DNA from: a virus | Direction: 5' to 3' (one strand) | Length of the DNA: 64,000 bases | IMG/VR virus record: IMGVR_UViG_3300002056_000074 | Part shown: piece after piece, positions 29,294 to 39,433 of the stretch | How the letters are laid out: every line of letters starts with the position of its first letter | Numbering within the stretch: position 1 is the first letter of the stretch | Translations under genes and position numbers: made by a program | Notes under the pieces: generated by a model | Databases searched by the model: none | The model's input: the letters and a program-made list of their open reading frames with translations, nothing else | Told to the model about the DNA's origin: nothing

Positions 29294-29524
29294 ATGAGTA
29301 AATTAATCGAAAGTTTAGCCCGTTGGATCGAAGAGGTAGAGTCTGGTGAGCGAAAGGCTCCCAGTAAATATGAATTTGATCGAATTAAAAAAATTGTTGA
29401 TGAAAGTTCAACTACAGAAGATGAAGTAGTTGAAGATGAAGTAGTTGAAGATGAAGTAGTTGAAGAATTACTAGAAAGTTGTTTCTACCGGGGGTATGTT
29501 GATGATTTTGGAAGAATTATTTGA
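29294..29524 (+). CDS. Hypothetical protein with EDEVV x3 repeat
   Basis: 76-aa ORF with GGAG RBS; 15-bp unit GAAGATGAAGTAGTT x3 at 29417-29461. Confidence 0.6.
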   Translation: MSKLIESLARWIEEVESGERKAPSKYEFDRIKKIVDESSTTEDEVVEDEVVEDEVVEELLESCFYRGYVDDFGRII

Positions 29525-30020
29525 GTCAGAAGAAAAACCCCCCGGTACTTATGCTGCAGCCATATTTGATAAAGATTCTCAAAAAATAGTTGCAGACTAT
29601 ATTCGAAAAAATGAAATTCCAAATTCTACCAAACCGACAAAAATACATTGCACTATAATTTACAGTAGAGAACATATTCCAAATTTTAAAATAACTAAGA
29701 ATTATGATACTCCCTTAAAATGTGTACCTAATGGCCTTGTCGTATGGAAAACTCAACCAGATGATGACGGCAATACTAAAAACTGTTTAGTATTAAAATT
29801 GAAGTGTCCTGAAATTGTTAAGCGCCATGAGGAATTAATGCAAAAATACCCGATGGCAACATATGATTATCCAGAATTTAAGGTGCATATGACATTATCA
29901 TATGATATAGATGATATGACTAAGGATGATTTCCCAGATTTCGATGAAGAATTATATCTAAGTGGAGAAATTACAAGTCCATTGGATACTGTTTGGGCCA
30001 AGAAAAACACCAAAAAGTAA
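29496..30020 (+). CDS. acb1: Acb1/T4 gp57B-like 2H phosphodiesterase (anti-CBASS candidate)
   Basis: GTYAAA start, HCTIIYSR and HMTLSYD HxT motifs, LVLKL. Confidence 0.8.
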   Translation: MLMILEELFESEEKPPGTYAAAIFDKDSQKIVADYIRKNEIPNSTKPTKIHCTIIYSREHIPNFKITKNYDTPLKCVPNGLVVWKTQPDDDGNTKNCLVLKLKCPEIVKRHEELMQKYPMATYDYPEFKVHMTLSYDIDDMTKDDFPDFDEELYLSGEITSPLDTVWAKKNTKK

Positions 30021-30073
30021 AAATAGTGTAAAAATTTGCAGATAAATAATATTATTCCTTAAAGAGTAATAAT

Positions 30074-30838
30074 ATGATTTCCAATAATTCATCTACTTTA
30101 GAGTTGACTTCCGAGCCAAATCCACCCGTACATTATTACCAAGAACATATCACTAATATAATACACCATTTTTATCTATCAACTGATATTGGTCCCGCAA
30201 CACATTATGTAGAGATGATTCACGCCATACGTACAGCAGCGCCTACTGATGTCGTCTTCATTCACTTAAATTCTGCTGGTGGTCACTTAGATACTGGAAT
30301 CCAAATAATCAACGCTATGCGCGAATCAAGAGCACATATTATATGTAGTATCGAATCCGAAGCGTACTCAATGGCATCATTAATCTTTTTGAGTGCTGAT
30401 GAATTTATTGTACATGAGAATTGTATGCTAATGATTCATAATTTCAGTAGTGGTATGGTTGGGAAGGGTAATGAACAGCGTTTGCGCCTAGATGCAACAT
30501 CTACACTTTTTGAGCGGTTTGCTCGTCCACTGTATGTACCGTTTATCTCAGAAGATGAATTTGATGGTGTGTTAGACGGGAAAGATATGTGGTTTCACAC
30601 AGATGAAATTCGGGATCGACTCATTAAAAATATGAATATCGCGAATGAAGATGAGATGCTTGGTGTTTTAAATCATGAAGAGGATGATGTTGAAGAAGAG
30701 GAGGTGGAGGTAGTGAAACCCAAACCGAAGCACAAGAAACGCCCGACACCACCACCAGTTAGGGATATAAAAGAGAGTGATGAACATAAGAAACGCATCT
30801 CATTATTAAAAAGTATTGACGCTGATGACGAAGTTTGA
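30074..30838 (+). CDS. ClpP-like serine protease
   Basis: HLNSAGG, AYSMASLIFL (Ser), LMIH (His). Confidence 0.85.
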   Translation: MISNNSSTLELTSEPNPPVHYYQEHITNIIHHFYLSTDIGPATHYVEMIHAIRTAAPTDVVFIHLNSAGGHLDTGIQIINAMRESRAHIICSIESEAYSMASLIFLSADEFIVHENCMLMIHNFSSGMVGKGNEQRLRLDATSTLFERFARPLYVPFISEDEFDGVLDGKDMWFHTDEIRDRLIKNMNIANEDEMLGVLNHEEDDVEEEEVEVVKPKPKHKKRPTPPPVRDIKESDEHKKRISLLKSIDADDEV

Positions 30839-31175
30839 TCCGAAAACAAAAGAGCTGCTAGGAGCCGATGGCTTGGCTAGGTATGAAGCTTTTCAGCAAT
30901 TTAGCCCAATCTCCGGTGAAAGCTCGATGTCGAAACTGTCCGTGGCTGTCATGAGCACATTCGTTTCCGCACTAGATAAAATAGACTTTGAGCCAAGTTT
31001 GTTCTTAACAAGCTCGGGTAATCTGGAATTGGGATGGGAAGACGAAAGTGGTCAACAAATTTCTGTCGAATTTTATTCAGATAGAATTGAATACTTCATC
31101 GAGAAGAATGATTGTGAAGGTGAGGTAGGTGTTGATATCGCAGAAATAAAATCGATTTTTTCCGGGTCACGTTAA
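30825..31175 (+). CDS. Hypothetical protein
   Basis: About 116-aa ORF overlapping the ClpP-like stop. Confidence 0.6.
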   Translation: MTKFDPKTKELLGADGLARYEAFQQFSPISGESSMSKLSVAVMSTFVSALDKIDFEPSLFLTSSGNLELGWEDESGQQISVEFYSDRIEYFIEKNDCEGEVGVDIAEIKSIFSGSR

Positions 31176-31276
31176 TACTCTTCCCTATCTCCGTAATCTA
31201 TGAGTTCGATAGAATTGCTGACCGATGAGATGGTTGTATATGATATAATGGATCTTCCAAAAGATGAACAAAAATC

Positions 31277-32296
31277 ATGTCCGAATTAGAAGAATTAATT
31301 AAAGAGAATATTGAATTGCACGGCGAATCTGCAAAGGGTTGGCAGGCATGTTTGCATATTGGGTGTGATCATGGACGAAAAGGCAATCGTGCAGGATTTA
31401 ACTTTAATGGTGACACCATTTCATTTCAATGTTTTAATTGTTCAACTGCTGCTGTGGTTAATGTCACAGAAAATAAAAAAATGTCTATTAAGTTCCGTGG
31501 AGTATTAGAAGATTTTGGTATTGATAAAAAATCATTGGATGCAATAGATTTTAATTTATTTCTTCAAAATGGAAAGTCAACTTCACAAAAATCATCAAAA
31601 AAGAAGAAAATTGAATCACTAATTCCTAAAAAAATTGATCTCCCTCACGAATTCATGTTGTTGGATAGGTGCAAAAATAAAAAATTTAAAGAGCAGTGTG
31701 AAAAATATTTAATCGATGAGAGGGGTATTTCTCCCGACGAATATCCATTTATGGTTTGTGACCGGGTTAACAATTTAGGCATGAAATCATGGGAACAACG
31801 ACTTATAATTCCAATTATAAACAATGATAATATAGTCTTTTATCAGGGACGTGATATGACGGGGTATGCACCCAGTAAATATTTAAATGCGTCCGGTTCC
31901 AATATTGATAGGGAGAAATTGTTAAGTAATTATGATGTTTTATTTGAGAAATTAGAAAAGCCACTATATATAGTGGAAGGATGGTTTGATGCTCATCTTT
32001 TGGATGGTATAGCATTGTTTGGAAATCGTATAATGGATGGACAACGAGCATGGATAGGAAAATCTCACAGAGATAAAATTTTTATTCCTGATCGGTATGG
32101 TGATGGTGTGGATATAGCAAAAAGTGCGTTAGAATTAGGTTGGAAAATCTCGGTTCCTTATGCTAAACTTGACGAAAATATTAAAGACGTGACTGATATG
32201 GTAGTGCGATATGGAAAATTATTTACGTTGAAACAGATTAAAAAACATACATCTACTTCTATTACAGAGGGAAATATAATGTTGAGTCTTTTATAA
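31277..32296 (+). CDS. DNA primase (T4 gp61-like)
   Basis: Zn-binding C..C...CFNC, FYQGR, TOPRIM IVEGWFDA, PD..GDG, KDVTD. Confidence 0.9.
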   Translation: MSELEELIKENIELHGESAKGWQACLHIGCDHGRKGNRAGFNFNGDTISFQCFNCSTAAVVNVTENKKMSIKFRGVLEDFGIDKKSLDAIDFNLFLQNGKSTSQKSSKKKKIESLIPKKIDLPHEFMLLDRCKNKKFKEQCEKYLIDERGISPDEYPFMVCDRVNNLGMKSWEQRLIIPIINNDNIVFYQGRDMTGYAPSKYLNASGSNIDREKLLSNYDVLFEKLEKPLYIVEGWFDAHLLDGIALFGNRIMDGQRAWIGKSHRDKIFIPDRYGDGVDIAKSALELGWKISVPYAKLDENIKDVTDMVVRYGKLFTLKQIKKHTSTSITEGNIMLSLL

Positions 32297-32298
32297 AA

Positions 32299-32742
32299 AT
32301 GAGCCAACAAAATATTCAAGATATAAGAGATTTAATTAAAACTGCCATTAAAATTGGTAGACGTGTTCCTATCACAGTCGATAAAAGGACTACGATGCAC
32401 TGGTGGGAATTAATAAACCAATCTCTTTATGATAACAAACTAACACCACCAGTAGATTTTGAGTTCAAATGGTTTTATAATGACGTATTGGGTTGGTGTA
32501 GACCATATGGGAAATCTAGGAAAGATGGTAAGCGTCGTGTTAAATTGGGAATGTCAACAGACTTAGATACCTTGGATGAATTTCTAATTATTCTCATACA
32601 TGAAACAGTGCATCAGTGTGAATATGAACTTGAGGGTGTATGGCATGATGCAGTGGCACATTCAAAATATTTCTATTCGTGGCGAAATAAAATTGAAGAA
32701 TATTATGATGCCCCACTGAAGGCTAAATATGCGTTTACATGA
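32299..32742 (+). CDS. SprT-like metalloprotease
   Basis: ILIHETVHQ (HExxH) and H...F. Confidence 0.75.
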   Translation: MSQQNIQDIRDLIKTAIKIGRRVPITVDKRTTMHWWELINQSLYDNKLTPPVDFEFKWFYNDVLGWCRPYGKSRKDGKRRVKLGMSTDLDTLDEFLIILIHETVHQCEYELEGVWHDAVAHSKYFYSWRNKIEEYYDAPLKAKYAFT

Positions 32743-33020
32743 ATAGACCATATTTAATCTCACCAGATTCTAGAAGTCCTAACAGAACAAATGGAGATTT
32801 TCTTGACATAATTATTGGTGGAGACTATAGTTACTTAGATGTACATATAAAATTAGACGGTGAATATATTGAGCCTATAGCTATTGAGCGAATTACAAAT
32901 TTCATGGGTGGGTACCAACCATTCCATAAAATAACGGTCAGGGGAGTTGAATTGGGGCGACATACAATTCAGATTAATAATGGACATATACATGTTTTTT
33001 ACACCAACCCATTGTATTAA
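32739..33020 (+). CDS. Hypothetical protein
   Basis: 93-aa coupled ORF. Confidence 0.55.
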   Translation: MNRPYLISPDSRSPNRTNGDFLDIIIGGDYSYLDVHIKLDGEYIEPIAIERITNFMGGYQPFHKITVRGVELGRHTIQINNGHIHVFYTNPLY

Positions 33021-33035
33021 AATGGAGCAAATAAC

Positions 33036-34907
33036 TTGAGTAAGAATTATAGTGAAGATGATATTAAGGTATTGTCTGAAATTGAGCATATTCATAAGCG
33101 AACATCCATGTATCTCGGAACTACTGAGGAGACTGAATATCAAGTACCACTATTAAATAATACTTTTGAGATAGCAAATATTAGTTTTATTCCGGCAGTA
33201 ATGAAATTATTTTCCGAGATTGTTGATAACGCCAACGATGAGTTAATACAGGCTAATGTTAAATCACCTACAATAACAATAACCGCAGATTATGAAAGTC
33301 AAATTTTTTCAGTGGAAGATAATGGTAGAGGAATTCCTATTGGTAAGCATGAAACCGGGAAGTATACACCCGAGGTTGTATTTACATCTCTTCGATCAGG
33401 AAGGAATTTTTCCGATAATAAACAAAAGGGTGTTATAGGGTTAAATGGTGTAGGCTCTAGTATAGTGTGTATGTGCTCTGAATGGTTTGAGATTGAGATA
33501 TATCGTGATGGTAAGTGTTATAAGCAACTGTTTAGTGATGCATCTCGAATCATTGGCGACCCAATTATTTCAAAATCAAAGCGAATATCAGGAACTAAAG
33601 TATCTTTCAAATTGATGGATGGTATATTTAAAGATAAAACTCTACCAGAATCGTTAATTAGAAATCGGGCTGTCGAATTAGCAGCAACCAATCCCAATAC
33701 TAAAATAATTCTCAATGATGAGGAGTTTTTATATAAGAGGGGATTTCCAGAATTGGTATCTAATTATTTTGATGAAAGTATTCTCTTCGGTAATGATGAA
33801 ATAGAGTTTCATATTATTCGTGACTTTCATAAGGGACAAAATGAGCTTATTTTTTCATGGGTTAATAGTTCATTTTTGTATAATGGTGGTATTTGTAATA
33901 CGCAATTTATGAATGCATTCGTTGATAAAACTATTTCTCATTTAGCTACAATAGCAAAAAAACGAAAAATTAAATTGACTCGGGGGGATGTCCTCACAAA
34001 TTTACTATTTCTTGGAAATCTTAAAGTTAGTGATCCACAATATGATTCTCAAGCAAAAACTAAATTGACTGGCCCAAATTTGCGAAAGCCGATGGATGAT
34101 ATTATTGAGGCTAAGTGGAAGTTGTTTGTTCGAAATAATAAAGACTGGTTAGAAGAAATTGTTGAGCGTGCTGTTAGGAGAAGTAATGTTGCCGCTACAA
34201 AAGATATTTTAAAAGATGTTGGGAAAAGCAAGAAAATAAAATTAGAAGGATTTATGGATGCGACATCAAAGCAGCGCGAAGAATGTCAGTTATTGATAAC
34301 AGAAGGATTATCTGCAAGGGCCAATATAGTTGAATCCCGGAATCCAGAGACTATGGCTGCTTTGCCCCTAACCGGAAAAATAAACAATGTATATGGGGCT
34401 TCAGTGGCAGAATTAATGAAAATGGGCAAGGTATCTGATTTAATTAATGTCATTGGTTTGGTTCCCGGAAAAAGGGCAATTCGATCAGAACTTCGATATG
34501 GAAAAGTACATATATGTTCAGATGCAGATACTGATGGTGATCATATATGCGCTCTATTAATAAATCTGTTTTATCAATTTTGGCCAGAATTATTTGATCC
34601 ACGCTACCCACCATTTTTTCATAGAATGGTTGTTCCAAATATTGTTGCAGTTAAAGGGAAGAAAAGAATTCATTTTCCAAATAGGGGATCATATGAGGTG
34701 GTGAAAAATAAATATAAATCGTATGAAATTTCATATTTAAAGGGGTTGGCAACCATGAGTCGTGTAGATTGGGCAATGATTCTTGGTGGAGAATTTGATT
34801 CCTGTGATCCGATTCAGGATATTGATGGGACACTAGCTGACGTTATGAAGTTATTATTCAGCCCTGATGTTGATGCAAGAAAGGAATGGTTACACGCTGA
34901 TGAGTAG
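33036..34907 (+). CDS. Type II DNA topoisomerase large (ATPase+TOPRIM) subunit, T4 gp39+60-like
   Basis: EIVDNA.DE, DNGRGIP, GLNGVG, TEGLSA, DAD.DG.HI, YLKGL. Confidence 0.95.
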   Translation: MSKNYSEDDIKVLSEIEHIHKRTSMYLGTTEETEYQVPLLNNTFEIANISFIPAVMKLFSEIVDNANDELIQANVKSPTITITADYESQIFSVEDNGRGIPIGKHETGKYTPEVVFTSLRSGRNFSDNKQKGVIGLNGVGSSIVCMCSEWFEIEIYRDGKCYKQLFSDASRIIGDPIISKSKRISGTKVSFKLMDGIFKDKTLPESLIRNRAVELAATNPNTKIILNDEEFLYKRGFPELVSNYFDESILFGNDEIEFHIIRDFHKGQNELIFSWVNSSFLYNGGICNTQFMNAFVDKTISHLATIAKKRKIKLTRGDVLTNLLFLGNLKVSDPQYDSQAKTKLTGPNLRKPMDDIIEAKWKLFVRNNKDWLEEIVERAVRRSNVAATKDILKDVGKSKKIKLEGFMDATSKQREECQLLITEGLSARANIVESRNPETMAALPLTGKINNVYGASVAELMKMGKVSDLINVIGLVPGKRAIRSELRYGKVHICSDADTDGDHICALLINLFYQFWPELFDPRYPPFFHRMVVPNIVAVKGKKRIHFPNRGSYEVVKNKYKSYEISYLKGLATMSRVDWAMILGGEFDSCDPIQDIDGTLADVMKLLFSPDVDARKEWLHADE

Positions 34908-36402
34908 TAAAAAATCTCAAGAGCAAGTTATTCATGAATTTAAAGAAAATCACGGAAATAAATTTGATTATAGTGAAGTTGTTTACGAAGGCACTAATAA
35001 CAAGGTTTCTATAATTTGTCCCATACATGGAAAATTTTATCAAACTCCACGAGAACATATAAAGAGAAGTTTTGGTTGCAGGGAATGTAGTATAGAGTAC
35101 GCAAGAACAAAGACCACTATTTCAACAGAAGACTATATCAATTCGATAGATATTAATCACAGAAATTTGTATGATTTATCAAAGGTTAAATATGTTAGAA
35201 ACAAAAAAAAGATAATAGTTATATGCCCGAAGCATGGAGAATTTACTATATCGGCCGCAGTATTTAAAAATGGTGGTGGATGCACTAAATGCCAATATGA
35301 AAAACTTTCCAACCTTAATAGAGATTCTGAATCTTCTTTTATAGAAAAAAGTAAATTACTCTTCGGCAAAGATTATTTTAATTATTGGCCCATGCAATAT
35401 GGTAAAAATGGACTAGACTATATATATCTGTGGTGCAATAAACATAGTAAACTAGTTAAAACAAAGCCTCAGTATCATTTACAGGGAAATAACTCATGTA
35501 GGAGTTGTAGGAGTTGTAGTATGTTTGAATTGACCATTAAAAATTTTTTAGATGAGCATAATATAGAATATATCGAAAATGATAAAAGGTTACTACATCC
35601 CAAAGAGATAGATATTGTAATACCTGACCACAATATAGGAATTGAATGTGATGGTATATATTGGCACGGTGAAAGTAAGGGGAAATATAAAAAATATCAT
35701 TTGGAAAAAACTTTATCTGCGAATAATAATAATTATAGATTGATACATATTTTTGAAAATGAAATAATTAATAATGAAGAATTGGTTAAATCGAGATTAT
35801 CGGTAATTTTAAAATTATCAAATATTAAAAAATATGGCGCTAGGGAATTGCGTGTTGATTATGTTGATAAACAATTATGTGTTGATTTCTTAAACGAAAA
35901 CCATATACAGAAAAGTAGTAGTTCTAGTATTGATATTGCATTATTTCGGGAGACTGAGATAATTGCAGTGATGACATTTGGTATGGCGAGGTACAGTCAA
36001 CGACACGAGTATGAATTGATACGATTTTGTTGTAAAAAATTTGTTACTGTTAGTGGTGGTGCTTCTAAATTATTTAAATATTTTATAAAGAATCATAATC
36101 CAAAATCGATAGTATCATATTCAGATATTCGCTGGAATACGGGCAAATTATACAAAAATCTCGGATTTCTCGAAACTCATAAATCTGCACCCAATTATAA
36201 ATATTTTTGCAAACCCGACATATATAACCTACTATCTAGGGTTTCTTTTCAAAAGCACAAACTAAAATCTAAATTACTCCACTATGATGAAAAACTCACA
36301 GAATGGGAAAATATGCAAGCAAATGGATATGATAGAATATGGGATTGTGGGAACATTGTATTTGAATGGTTGCAACCTGTTAAAGATAATGATATAATTT
36401 AA
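34900..36402 (+). CDS. Homing endonuclease-like protein, paralog of 15919..17619
   Basis: ICPIHG/ICPKHG repeats, IGIECDGIYWH, YDRIWDCG; likely start at 34900 overlapping the topo stop. Confidence 0.8.
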   Translation: MSSKKSQEQVIHEFKENHGNKFDYSEVVYEGTNNKVSIICPIHGKFYQTPREHIKRSFGCRECSIEYARTKTTISTEDYINSIDINHRNLYDLSKVKYVRNKKKIIVICPKHGEFTISAAVFKNGGGCTKCQYEKLSNLNRDSESSFIEKSKLLFGKDYFNYWPMQYGKNGLDYIYLWCNKHSKLVKTKPQYHLQGNNSCRSCRSCSMFELTIKNFLDEHNIEYIENDKRLLHPKEIDIVIPDHNIGIECDGIYWHGESKGKYKKYHLEKTLSANNNNYRLIHIFENEIINNEELVKSRLSVILKLSNIKKYGARELRVDYVDKQLCVDFLNENHIQKSSSSSIDIALFRETEIIAVMTFGMARYSQRHEYELIRFCCKKFVTVSGGASKLFKYFIKNHNPKSIVSYSDIRWNTGKLYKNLGFLETHKSAPNYKYFCKPDIYNLLSRVSFQKHKLKSKLLHYDEKLTEWENMQANGYDRIWDCGNIVFEWLQPVKDNDII

Positions 36403-36405
36403 AGA

Positions 36406-37068
36406 ATGAAAACAGAAAAATATAGAAAAGAGTACCTCGCTTCATTATTTGGAAGTGTTTACGATTCTGTACTTGATCGAACATTTCCCATTGTAAATAA
36501 TCCCCAAAAATATACCAATTGGTGTGATTTAAATCCAGCGTTGGCTGAGCACCGAGATGTTATTAACAGTAAAGTGTGGGTGGTAAGTGATCACCATTTT
36601 AATCATGCAAACATCATGAAATACGCGAATCGAAAATTCAGTAATGTCCCTGAAATGAATCAGTTTATGATTGATCAACACAATGCGGTTGTTAAGTCTG
36701 ATGATGTTGTCATTCTCGGTGGCGATGTTGCATTTTGCGCAACGAACAAGGCGAACGACTTCCTTTCTCAATTAAATGGTTACAAAATTTTGATTATCGG
36801 GAACCATGATTGGGAACGAAAGACTGGCAAGTTGAAAGTCTATGATGTGGATGAAATCCATATGAGTTATTTCATTGAACTTGATGGGACTGATATATTG
36901 ATTACTCATGTACCATTTTATTCAACAGTCATGATGGATAATAAAAATTTAAAAAATATTCATGGTCATATACACGACAAAAAAATGAATCATCCGCGAT
37001 ATATTAATATGTGTGTAGAACACATTGATTATCAACCAGTGTTATTATCAGAACTAATCACAGGATAA
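36406..37068 (+). CDS. Calcineurin-like metallophosphoesterase
   Basis: SDHHFNH, GGD, GNHD, TH.P, HGHIH. Confidence 0.9.
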   Translation: MKTEKYRKEYLASLFGSVYDSVLDRTFPIVNNPQKYTNWCDLNPALAEHRDVINSKVWVVSDHHFNHANIMKYANRKFSNVPEMNQFMIDQHNAVVKSDDVVILGGDVAFCATNKANDFLSQLNGYKILIIGNHDWERKTGKLKVYDVDEIHMSYFIELDGTDILITHVPFYSTVMMDNKNLKNIHGHIHDKKMNHPRYINMCVEHIDYQPVLLSELITG

Positions 37069-37072
37069 TATA

Positions 37073-38428
37073 ATGGGACAGGCATTATCATCAGAAAGAA
37101 TTACTGAAATGTGTAGGCTTTTTTCATTATATACCCTACAGTCAAGGGCGCTGCCACATGTTACAGATGGTCTTAAATCTGCTGCTAGAAGAGTGTTGTG
37201 GTGTGCAAAAGATGGAAAAAAATATAAAACAGCATCTTTAGCTGGTGGGACTCTACATTTACACCCGCATGCACCCCCAGAATCCGCGATTAATACAATG
37301 GCTGCATATTGGTCTAATAATATACCATTGTTATCGGGGACTGGTGCATTTGGAACTCTAATAAGTCCGGGGGATTATGGCGCTGGGAGATATACTTACG
37401 TACAAACATCTAAATTTACTAATGATGTAATATTTCGTGATATTGAAATTGTTCCCATGATGGAAAATTATGATTCGACTGAAATGGAACCCATACACTT
37501 TCTACCGTTAGTACCAACAGTTCTATTGAATCCACAGCAGGGGGTAGCCACCGGATTTTCAACTAATATTTTACCAAGAGCATTAATCGATATTTTAATA
37601 GCACAAATAAATCATCTTAATGGTGAAAATATTAAAGAATCTCTTCCGAATTTTACAACAACCAACAATAAGTGCATTAAAACGGAAACTGATTCAAAGG
37701 GGCAATTGAGATATATATTTCGTGGTGAATATAAAAAAACTAGTGCTACTACAGTTAAAATAATTAATTTACCCTATGGAATAACACACGCCAAGTTTAT
37801 GAATAAATTAGATAAACTTGAAGATAATTCAGATAAAATTGTTAATATTATTGATAATTCAAAAGATATATTTAACATAGATATACAATTTAAGCGTGGT
37901 TTTTTATCTAATAGTACTGAAGAGGAAATATACAAATTTCTTGAATTGGAAACAAAATGTACCGAAAATTTAAACGTGATTGATTTCAATTCAGAATCTA
38001 TACACAATACAAATTACAAAGAACTAATTCAAGATTTCAGCGACTGGCGACTGAGTTGGTATTCAACACGTTATAAACGCCTAAAAAAACTGTTAGAATT
38101 GGATATACAAAAATATAGAGATATCATAACTGCAATTGATAACGATGTTGGTGGACTTGCTAAAGAAATTCCATCCCGGAATGATTTGAAGCATGAACTT
38201 AAGTCGTTTAATATTGTCAATGTAGACTACATAGCTGACCTTCCTGTGTATCGCTTCACGGTTGATGAAAAAAAGAAGATCAAAAATAAATTATCTGATG
38301 CATTAAAGCAACTTAAGGATTACAATGATATTCTTAGAAGTGAAGATCGACGTAGAGACATCTATGTAAGTGAGTTGCAAGAAATCTTGGTTAATGCGAA
38401 GAAAGGCAAATATAAAACCATAATGTGA
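37073..38428 (+). CDS. Type II DNA topoisomerase medium subunit (T4 gp52/GyrA-like)
   Basis: DGLKSAARR, HPHA, GAGRYT (catalytic Tyr), GVATGFSTNI.P. Confidence 0.95.
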   Translation: MGQALSSERITEMCRLFSLYTLQSRALPHVTDGLKSAARRVLWCAKDGKKYKTASLAGGTLHLHPHAPPESAINTMAAYWSNNIPLLSGTGAFGTLISPGDYGAGRYTYVQTSKFTNDVIFRDIEIVPMMENYDSTEMEPIHFLPLVPTVLLNPQQGVATGFSTNILPRALIDILIAQINHLNGENIKESLPNFTTTNNKCIKTETDSKGQLRYIFRGEYKKTSATTVKIINLPYGITHAKFMNKLDKLEDNSDKIVNIIDNSKDIFNIDIQFKRGFLSNSTEEEIYKFLELETKCTENLNVIDFNSESIHNTNYKELIQDFSDWRLSWYSTRYKRLKKLLELDIQKYRDIITAIDNDVGGLAKEIPSRNDLKHELKSFNIVNVDYIADLPVYRFTVDEKKKIKNKLSDALKQLKDYNDILRSEDRRRDIYVSELQEILVNAKKGKYKTIM

Positions 38429-38500
38429 TTTACTTCCTAAATTTTTGAGTAAATAAGAGTATGATAAACCTACCAACCAATAGAGAACTAAGAAAGACTT

Positions 38501-38728
38501 ATGAGTAAAAATTCTTTTAATGAGCGCGTTATCCTGAATGACATCAAAACGATGGATAGTGAAGAATTACTATCTGTTCATGGCATTCGAATTAATGAGG
38601 ATGGCACTGTTTATGATCAAGCCTATGATAAATCCTTCCCGAATGTAGATGAATGGATTTATTTTTCGAGTAATGATGAGGATGTTGCTTTTGAAAAATT
38701 TGGATATGATGATGTCGAATTCCAGTAA
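38501..38728 (+). CDS. Hypothetical protein
   Basis: 75-aa acidic ORF. Confidence 0.6.
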   Translation: MSKNSFNERVILNDIKTMDSEELLSVHGIRINEDGTVYDQAYDKSFPNVDEWIYFSSNDEDVAFEKFGYDDVEFQ

Positions 38729-39122
38729 GGTTGGATACAGTGCGTTTCTTTTACCCAAGAATCACAGACTAACCCTACTTGAATTGATACCGCCTACGCA
38801 TGATAAGATCATTGCACATCATGTGACTTATCAATTCGGAATATCTCGTGAGCACTTCAATATGAGTAGTATTCTAGATGCTATTATAAAGCCGTATGCG
38901 GTGGTTGATGATGGAGATAGTATACAGGCATTGGCAGTAACGGTTGATGGCGAGAGTGAGCGTACCGATGGGAATTACTACCATATAACATGGTCATTAG
39001 ATCCAAGTAAGGCAAAGCCGGTTGATTCAAATAAAATTTTGAAAGATAAGACGTTATATACACCACTTGATGGTGCCAGCACAAAATCGATGGTATTCAA
39101 CCACGAATTTACAGAATTTTAA
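38712..39122 (+). CDS. Second 2H-phosphoesterase-like protein
   Basis: GYSAFLL start, AHHVT and YHITWS HxT motifs. Confidence 0.65.
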   Translation: MSNSSKVGYSAFLLPKNHRLTLLELIPPTHDKIIAHHVTYQFGISREHFNMSSILDAIIKPYAVVDDGDSIQALAVTVDGESERTDGNYYHITWSLDPSKAKPVDSNKILKDKTLYTPLDGASTKSMVFNHEFTEF

Positions 39123-39139
39123 TAAGTTTTGAGGTATTT

Positions 39140-39433
39140 TTGATGATTACAAGTGCAATATTAGCAGCATGGCTAGCTACAAATTTGGATCATCAATTTT
39201 GTGGAAGAATAGAAACCGTATTAGATTCCATCATAACCTATGGAATTCCTTTGGGAGTGGTGGCAGATTCACCAAATCACTTCGTCTTAGGATGGCCAGT
39301 AGATGATAACTATAATCGTTATTTGAGGGTGGCTGCGATAGAGCATGATGGATTCACTGTATGTCAGTCCGATTTTCGCTTTTATAATTCATCAAATCAG
39401 CGTGTTGATTCGAGTGGAAAAATTTTAGATTGA
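39140..39433 (+). CDS. Hypothetical, possibly exported protein
   Basis: Hydrophobic N-terminus; GAGG RBS. Confidence 0.55.
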   Translation: MMITSAILAAWLATNLDHQFCGRIETVLDSIITYGIPLGVVADSPNHFVLGWPVDDNYNRYLRVAAIEHDGFTVCQSDFRFYNSSNQRVDSSGKILD

